The notes under the pieces are model-generated. The model was not told where the DNA came from and did no database searches. It saw nothing but the letters and a program-made list of their open reading frames with translations. This document shows positions 55,417-64,000 of a stretch of DNA of 64,000 nt, piece by piece. The position numbers and the translations under genes are program-made. Source of the stretch: the human T2T-CHM13v2.0 reference genome, Homo sapiens; assembly GCF_009914755.1 (NCBI RefSeq), contig NC_060931.1; one strand, written 5' to 3'. Numbering within the stretch: position 1 is the first letter of the stretch; every line of letters begins with the position of its first letter.

Positions 55417-58400
55417 ATAGTATTGTCAATACTATTTTTCAACTTACTGGTAAGAATACAAATTTTTAAAAATGATTCTAATTGCATTAGGTACAATAAA
55501 AACCTACTTGAAGTAGTTACAGAATATGTACAATTTCAGTAGTATTTGGTTGTTTTGGACAACTGACCAAGGAGGAGGGTTAATTGAGGTTGAATTGGGA
55601 TCCTTCTATTATAGAGTTAGGCATTTTTTGTCTACAGAAGGACTGGTTTCTTTACATGGAAGCTAATTTCTTTTAGACCAAGACAACTCTGTAATTCTCC
55701 ACTAGTTATGACTTAAACGTAGCACCAAATATGGCCCTTGGGTCGAGTAATATGCTAACCCAAAATGTTTTATGCTGTATAACAATACTTGCAGTTATCA
55801 TGCTATAAATTCAATTTCAGTATTTTTCAGTGTTGCTGCTCTGTGAGTGCAAACCTTCCTCTTGTCTTTGTTCATTCTTTCATTTGTATGCTTTCTTTCT
55901 TCTCTTTGCTACTCTTTTTCTCTTTTTTAAAATTCAGCTATTTGTCTTTCCAAGACCAAGAACAACTTATGGGGGTCATATTCAACCAGACACACTGTGT
56001 TAGTCAGTGTTTAGGATCATCCTAATATACTTTGCTCAAACCCCTTACTCTTGAAGTCATGGTTTCCAATAAAGGAGATTCTCTAATAATGGACCAGAAA
56101 TACACTATTAGGCTATGTGTTGTAGAGGGAGAGGTGCAGACAGGCATATTTGGGAAAAGAGCAAACATTCATGCTAAAAAAAATAAATGAGGCTAGAGAA
56201 GTTATCCACTCTGCGCTCTTTGAGTTGAATAAGAAAGGGCAGGAAGGCTGTTTGACATACTCAAAATAATGTCCAGGTAATTTAGTAAACAAGACATGCT
56301 GGCATTGTAAATTGGTTGGGTGACCCTTGATGAGAATTAAAATACCACACATGCCCCTGATTGAATATTTTTCATTTTGTATCCTTAGTCTGATAAATCT
56401 GTGAGAAGATAGACATACATGTAACCTACATCTTTACCCTTAATATTATTGCTATTTCCACAGTTTTCCCATTGATTAGAGTGATTTTCTCGACATATTC
56501 AAATTGTCAGAGTATGAATAAGAGAAATATTTTAACGATGTGATTTATTGCAGGAGCACAGAACGTTCAGAAGAAGATGGCAAAGACCTTTTATACTTCT
56601 TTCTGTTTTCATGATCAAGCTTTCAGAAAAATAGACGTGAACAATTCAAATTACTTTCCCCAGGACTAGAAAACCTCAGTTGCCATTTTAGTTGCTTCTG
56701 CTTTTCTAGGTACTGAGATAATATATGCTATCTGCCCTCCAAAAATATATAACTGGAATATAAATTTGATTCTTATATTGCTTCAGACCTAGCCTTAACA
56801 TCTAAAGATTTTTCATATTCTCCTCACATCTTTGAATTCAATTTTTCAAAAATTTAATTAAATCAGGCTTAAAAAGAAACAGTAGGATCTCCAATTTGGT
56901 TGATATTTTATTTTTCTGCTTCTACAATAAAAAATGTTTTTACCTACCATGAATTATAATATTAACTAGGTTGTGATTTGGAAATCCTTTTTAATCTTTA
57001 TTAAATATTTCATGAATAACATACATATGAAGAGATTTTAGTTGGAGATAGTCATTCAATTTGATTTAAATTAGAAGCAGATTCCACTATTTGTGATTAA
57101 GTGTTTTTGCAATTACTAATAGAATGCATCAGGTAATATAGATAAGTGTTAACAGAAATACTAAGCTCATCAAGAATATTTTAAAATACATGCAGACCTT
57201 TAGTTAATAGACAATCTGTTTTTTGTTGGGTTGGCCATGTGATATATATGTTATATTGAACAATATATAAATGCATTGCTACTTACAATTTTACATGTAT
57301 TTCCCGAGTGTAGGTTGTTTATATTCTCTAGACTAGGAGCCGTGTCTTAGGCAGTTGTATTTATTTGATATTAGGCAAATTATTTAACTCAATAGTTTTC
57401 TGGTAACTACTGGTTGAATGGCTAAATGTTCTCTGCTTAGATCTCTCATCCTCCCCTGTCTTTCAGCTACATCCTCTGTCCTCTTCCTGATCTGTGGGAA
57501 TTACAGGTTTGTTTCTCCATGTACTGCTTCCCTTGCTTTCTTCTACTACCTACCATAACCCATTCATTGCTGGCTCAAACTCGTCTTAGGGTCTTGAAAC
57601 TATCTAGGCCTGGCCCTAGGGGAGAGAGTCATTAGCCATGGCTTCTGTCCTTTGCTTTGTACACTGGGCACTTCTACTCCAAGAACAAGACCGGCACTGA
57701 GCTGCTTGGAGTAGCAGCAGTAACAGCAGCAGCAGTGTATCTGAAAAACTAGGTTCCCTGAGAGAGCTTTTCTCTTAGAAGATTGTGGCTTGTAGAGTTG
57801 CTTCTTAAAGACCTTGCCTCTGGTGTTAGGTAAGCATCTCACACACATTAAACAACGCACTTCATTAAAGGATAATCCTTAATTGAAAGCAAGTTCATCA
57901 TGCATTAACAAGGTTATGATGGATCTTGTGTTCCATAAAAAGGGTTTATGAGCTTCAGAAAGAACACATTTGTTTCCTTCTCAACTCAAGGAGACTCTAC
58001 TATTCAAATGCTCCTGGTGTTTAGCAAATCAACTCTAGCTTTTTCATCACCTCACACCAAAATTAACTTAAAAATGCTATTTATATCAGGCAAAGAAATC
58101 CAGTTAAAAGTGAGAATCCACTCTATATAATTATTTAACATCAGGTAGAACCACCCACTACTTTTTTCCATGAAAATGTTTATTTTTAAATTGAGTGTAT
58201 CTACTTTTTTAAAGAGTTAAACAGAATGCATAGGACTTGATCTAATAAATAGCTGTTTTTTTCCTAGCCTTCAACTTCTCCCTTTTCATTTTTCTCTCCC
58301 ATCATTCATTCATTCTTTCTTTTTCTCCTTTCCACAATAAGCCTCTTCTCATTCTTTGTTCCCCCGGATCTTCTCTTCACAATCAAGTTTCTTGCTCTCT

Positions 58401-60814
58401 CTCCACTGCATCGGCAGGTGGGGGGTCACTGAATCCTTTCAGTTTTCCATTTTAGTTCTTCCTCTGTTCTTGCAGTATACTTTCCTTGCATGTATTCATT
58501 CATACCTACAACATCAAATATCACTTAAATGTCCATAGTTCCTAGATTTAGAACTTTGGTCCAGATCTCTTTCTTGGGAGCCTCAAATGTTGTTTTCTGT
58601 TTGTTTACCAGGCATCTCTGCTTAGATAATCCATAGCAATGGTGGCCCAGCTAGAATTCATCATCTACAATAGTCTCACATCCTGCTTCCATAAATACCT
58701 TCCTGAATTTCTTATCTTATAAATGACACTTAATCCCACTGCCCAAGCCAGAGACGAGGGTATCATCCCAGATTACAATTTTTCCTTTAAATCCTGCATC
58801 TTGTCAATCTCTGTGCTCCATTGATTTCATCTCCTAAAGAATTCTGTCCCCCATATCTGTTTCCATGGTCACTGGAATGACTCACGCCCACGCAAATGGC
58901 ATTGTTTGCCCATTTGTCAAAATAGGGCATTTTCTGATTGTTCCACTTTTAGCCTTATCTCATTATCTTCACAAAGCTGCTGAAATTTTCCAGTGTGAAA
59001 ATCTGATTACTCCCTCTCCAGCTCAAAATTCTGCAGTGACTTCTTATTCTCTTCAGATAAAATCTGCAGTGTTTTGCTTGACAAAGTCTTCCATAATCAA
59101 GCCCCTATCCAGCCTCCACTCTCACCAGTTCTTTGTACCTTTAGCCCCTCCCACTTAACACTTCACATTCTGCCAATATTGGGCCACTTCTAGTGCCTCA
59201 GACACTCCGCGGTCTGCACACTGCTAGATGTGGTGCATGCTGTTCCTTGCCTGGCATGCCCTCAGCATATGTCTGCTCATTTTTCAAGGATTGTTTAGGA
59301 ACTATCTGTCTGTGAAGCTTACCTTTATGTCCCTGGGCATACATGCTGTCATTGTACTTAAGCCTTACTTTCATCAGAACAGAAGGATCCTTTCTGTTTG
59401 CTTCTGTCTGTTACATTGTAGACTTCTTGGAGGCAAAGTTATGTTTTTCCACTTACGTGTTTGTATCACATACAAGTGTCTAACATACAGTAGGAACTCA
59501 ATAAATGTTCATTAAATCAGTGGATAACTGAATGAATAAATGAATGAAATTACTAAAACAATTGAAGGCTTTGAAACTATGTGATGCCAAATATACTTGC
59601 ATAAACTTTTTTTCATTTCAGCTTTTCATCTTGATTCTGCATAGACACATCATTAATTAAATTCTGGGTGCATGACAGACTTTATAGAGCATGCTTATAT
59701 TTTTTCCTAAGATGAAGATAAAAATATTTGCATGTAAATGAGACAATACCCAACCTCAGAGAAGCACTATCCCTCACTCCTCCAGATAAACTCCATTACC
59801 TGTTGGGAAATAAATGAAAATGAATCCATTGCAGTAATGGGTTTTCAGGCCAATTTTACAAGCAAGAGCTCATTTCTAGTTGAAAGTAAATATGTTTCCT
59901 GAGCTTATGAAATCAGCCATTGCTTATGTTTACACATGCATTGAGGATGCGTTCATATCTCATGCAGGATCTGTGAAGTTTGAAATCAGCCCTAAGCATG
60001 AGCAAGACATTTGTGGTTTCACAGATTCCATTTACTCAAATTAATAAGCAAATTCTTAAGTTTCTAAATAATTTGAGTTATGAAAGCATCTCATATTTGA
60101 AGCATTTGCTCTTGTTTATAATTTTTTTTTAATTCTGGAAATTGAAATGTAAGGCAATAAAGCAGAAAAATGCCCACATTCTTTTAGTGATAATTCTTTC
60201 TTCCCTTCTTCATGCATTCCTTTAAGTCTCTTCAGTTCCCTTCTAAAGTTGCCAATGGCAGGATGTGAGGACTTACCATGTGCCAGGCACAAGGCAAAGC
60301 ACGATGTCTTAATAGGATTTAATCCTCTTAACAACCCATGCAAATGGATACTATTATTATCATCTCCAAGTAACAGAGGAGGAAATGGATTCAGGCAGAG
60401 GGTAAGCCATACAGCTTATAATTGGTAAAGTCAAGGCTGGAACCCAGGTCTGATTCCACAACCTTGCCTGCAATCCTTAGCGGCCCATGTCATCCAAAGC
60501 ATGGGTAAAATTTGTGAGGTGGAAAATTATTCCAGCCTGATTTGAATCACCTCACACTCTGTTTAATAAGAATCGCATGTATCTCATTATTATCACATTG
60601 CCTTTTACATGTACTTTATAAAGTAGGCATTTTTTTTATAGCTAGTGATGTTGATTCCAGTTTGTAAGATGTAATAACTGGTTCAGAGAGGTTAGATGCT
60701 CCAAAGAAAATGAAGGGAGCAGGGAAGGAAGTTTTCTCCTTCCACATGATATTATTGAGAAATAAAAAAACAAAACAAAGCAAAACCCAAGAAAACAGAG
60801 ATATTTCAGATGAA

Positions 60815-61032
60815 GTGGCATTGGCAAAGTTTTCCTGAGAGATGGCAACTATTTTAGACTTTGCAGAGGCTTTGCAGCCTCTATTGCAACTATTCAATTC
60901 TGCTGTTGTAATGTGAAAGTAGACACACAGAATAAGTAAATGAATAAGTGTGGCTGTGTTCCAACAAGACTTTATTTATAAAAACAGGCAGCAGGCCAGG
61001 TTTGACCCACTAACCACAGTTTGTTGATGCTT
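60815..61032. mobile_element. MER58A
   Basis: GGCATTGGCAAAGTTTTCCTG..GTGTGGCTGTGTTCCAACAAGACTTTATTTATAAAAACAGGC. Confidence 0.8.
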
Positions 61033-61558
61033 AAGGCACCCAACTATATTCCTTATAATGTGTTATCAATCTGCATATTTGGAAATGCCTAGGTGATAAG
61101 CAGAATGTAGATAAATTACAGGAGAGTGATAGCATTTGAGGTCTATCAATATTATTTTTGTGCTACGTAGCTAAAGCTCCACTGTTTAAACTGGATATTA
61201 TAAAAGTTCAAAGGGAGATAATCTATTTAAACTCTAGAAGCAGGCTATCTGGCAATTTATGACATCGAATTGTGAAGTCTTAGAAAAGCTTTTGACAGCT
61301 ATGGAACTATGTTCATACAATTTGGAATTGCAATCTTAGTTGGTAGGATATACATTCAGACTCAATACAGATAATACAAACATGTACTATAAATCTTTGT
61401 AGTGTAATTAACAAAGTTGGGCACAGCAGTTTTATGATCCAAACTAATAAACAGCAATTTTTCTTAAAAAATACTAGAAACAAGGAAAAACAGAACTTAC
61501 ATGGAAATTTCAACTTCATGGATCTTCATGATGTTTTTCTTTATTTAAGAAATGGCAA

Positions 61559-61857
61559 GGCTGGGCGCGGTGGCTTACGCCTGTAATCCCAGCACTTTGG
61601 GAGGCCAAGGCTGGTCTCCTAAAGTCAGGAGTTCGAGACCAGCCTGACCAACGTGGTGAAACCTCATCTCTACTAAAAATACAAAAATTAGTTGGTCGAG
61701 GTGCCCTGCACCTGTAATCCAGCTACTCGGGAGACTGAGCAAGAGAATGACTTGAACTTGGGAGGCAGAAGTTGCAGTGAGCTGAGATCACACGATTGTA
61801 CTCCAGCCTGGGTGACACGAGTGAAACTCCGTCTCAAAATAAATAAATAAATAAAAA
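61559..61857 (+). mobile_element. Alu (S-type)
   Basis: Full dimer with an (AAAT)n tail. Flanks share GGCAAG. Confidence 0.92.
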
Positions 61858-62632
61858 GGCAAGCCTATTTTAAGATGCTGTTACTGTCTTTTAGATAGAT
61901 GTAGAACGGTGGAGAAGCCTATGGAAACAAAGTGTTTGAGTTGGTAGTTTCACTCTGTCACTTCCTAGCTGTGTGCACAAATTCTTAAGCATCTATAAGC
62001 CTGGGCATAAAATATATAGCACAGGCCTGGCACATAGTAACTTCTCAATAAATAGTTGCAAAAATGATGATGTTGTTTTTCCCCCTGACTTCCTCTACCT
62101 AAAGGTGTAGATCTCTGCTTTACTAAAAATAAAAAGAAAATCTGAATTTGGATGTTGAATTCTAACACTGATTTGAATACTAAGGTAGAAGCCTTTTGGT
62201 TATTCCAAATAAATGATCACACAGTCTACAAACAGCTTCCACATGCTCACTATCATTCATTACTAGTAAGTCTGTGCCCCAGCCTTCCTGTGATAGAAAA
62301 AAAAAAAGGAATATCTTTCTTACGGCATTTTGGTATCATTAAAAACTAATGCACATATAAACCTATTGTGTACATTTGATACTTTGTTTAAAAGAAACCT
62401 GTCACCCTTTAGTGTGTGTGTGTGTGCTTAAAAGAGAAAGGGAGAGGAAAAAAGAGTCAGAGAGAGAAAGGGAAAGAAAAGGTGTATAGATCCCTAGGCA
62501 CATTCAAATTTACTAGGTGATGCCATACTTTTTTTCTAATAAATTATAGCATGTTACCATTAGCAGTGGATGGAGTTTTCCTGGCTCTGTATCCTTACAA
62601 AGGTTTGGAATTATTAAACTTTTTAAAATTTT

Positions 62633-63491
62633 GTTTTTATTGACACATAGTAGTTATACATATTGATGGGCTACAGGTGATGTTTGATACATGTATACAT
62701 TGCATAAAAATAAAATCAGGGTACTTAGCATATCTATTACCTCATGCATTTATCAGTTTTTTGTGATGAGAACATTCAAAAATCTTCTCTTCTAGCTGCT
62801 TTGAAATATACAGTACAATATTTTTAACCATAGTCACCAGAACGTATTTCTCCTATCTGACTAGCTTTTTACCTGTTGCTCAACGTCTCTCTATACTCTC
62901 TTTCCTCTCCTCTCCCTAGCCTCTGGTAACCACTATTCTACTTTCTACTTCTAAGGGATCTATTTATTTAGATTACACATATGAGTAAGATCATATGGTC
63001 TTTGTCTTTCTGTGCCTGTTCTATTTCACTTAACATAATGCTCCCCAGCTTCATTGATGTTGAGGCAAACAACAGGATTTCATTTTTTCTTATGGCTGCA
63101 TATTATTTTAGTGAGTATATATATCACATTTTATTTATCCATCCAGCTGTTGATGGGCGCATAGGTTGATTCCATATCTTAACTATTGTGAATAGTGTTG
63201 TGATAAACGTGGGAGTAGAGCTATTTCCTCAACATACTGATTCTGATGAGGGGTTAATATGCAGAGTACATAAGGAATCCAAACAACTCAATAGCAAAAA
63301 AGCAAATAATCTGATTGAAAAACAGGTAGAAGACTTGAATAGACATTTCTCAAAAGAAGACATACAAATGGCCAACAGGCACGTGAAAATATGCTCAGCA
63401 TCACTAATCATCAAGAAAATAGAAATCAAATCGAAATAGAATTACCATATGATCCAACAACCCACTCCTGGGTGCAAATTCAAACGAGATT
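62633..63491 (-). mobile_element. L1MA-type element with 5' inversion, inserted in an older L1M (~62500-64000, minus strand)
   Basis: Antisense 3' end 62633-~63243, then a sense ORF2 piece (GACATTTCTCAAAAGAAGACATACAAATGGCCAACAG) to ~63491. Diverged TSD GAATTATTAAACTTTTTAAAATTTT / GAATTGTTCAACTTTAAAATTTT. Confidence 0.8.
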
Positions 63492-64000
63492 GAATTGTTC
63501 AACTTTAAAATTTTTTCAATCTTGTGGGTTTGAAATGGATTCTCATTGTAGTTTTAATTTGCATTTCTTAATTCCCTAATGGGACACATAAGTCTTATAT
63601 ATTATATGCAAATATAATCCAGATTTTTTATATATTATGTAACACAAATGTTTCATAAAAGACACTTACATTTCTTCTGTTGAGACATGCCTGTCAAAGT
63701 CTTTTGCTCATTGTTTTTTCAGTTGATTACTTGTCTTTTACTTATTGTTCTATATGAATTTTTAACAAAGATATATTCTGGATAATTCTTTCCAGATTTA
63801 GGTGTTGAAAATATCTATCATAGCTTGTGGCTTGTCTTTTTATTCCCTTTCTTTGGTGTCCTTTGATGAACTAAGTTCTTAATTATGAGTCAGTCAAATT
63901 TGTCAATCTTCTTCCTATAGATTTTTACTTTTTTCATCTTACTTAAGAAATATTTCCCTACCTGAAGGTTATAAAATTATTTTTAAATGGTCTTCTAAAA

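Noticed and set aside
57711-57735. Short CAG-type run (GTAGCAGCAGTAACAGCAGCAGCAG)
   Set aside because: Short, interrupted and non-coding; not an expansion-scale repeat.

Overview
This is primate, almost certainly human, genomic DNA: Alu/L1/MIR/MER-rich with one CpG island. It holds the 5' end of CTTNBP2 (cortactin-binding protein 2, 7q31) on the minus strand. Coding exon 1 (25051-25131, [27 protein letters not shown]) lies in the CpG island. A 12.0-kb intron 1 separates it from coding exon 2 (12916-13023, [36 protein letters not shown]), and intron 2 runs off the left edge. The ~39 kb upstream is intergenic and repeat-rich. It contains a near-full-length SRSF3 processed pseudogene (~34105-35889) interrupted by a MER1B and an Alu, four solo LTRs with target-site duplications (TSDs), L1 fragments and many SINEs/DNA transposons. 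Almost all ORFs in the supplied track are repeat-, GC- or low-complexity artefacts. I see no evidence for a new multi-gene biological system. The most unusual items are mutational fossils: a young twin-primed L1 reduced to an inverted 137-bp piece plus poly(A), a 121-bp templated duplication ending in a fold-back palindrome, the nested SRSF3 retrocopy, and a composite Alu that may have captured foreign sequence. Gene and repeat-family names come from recalled sequences, not from a database search.
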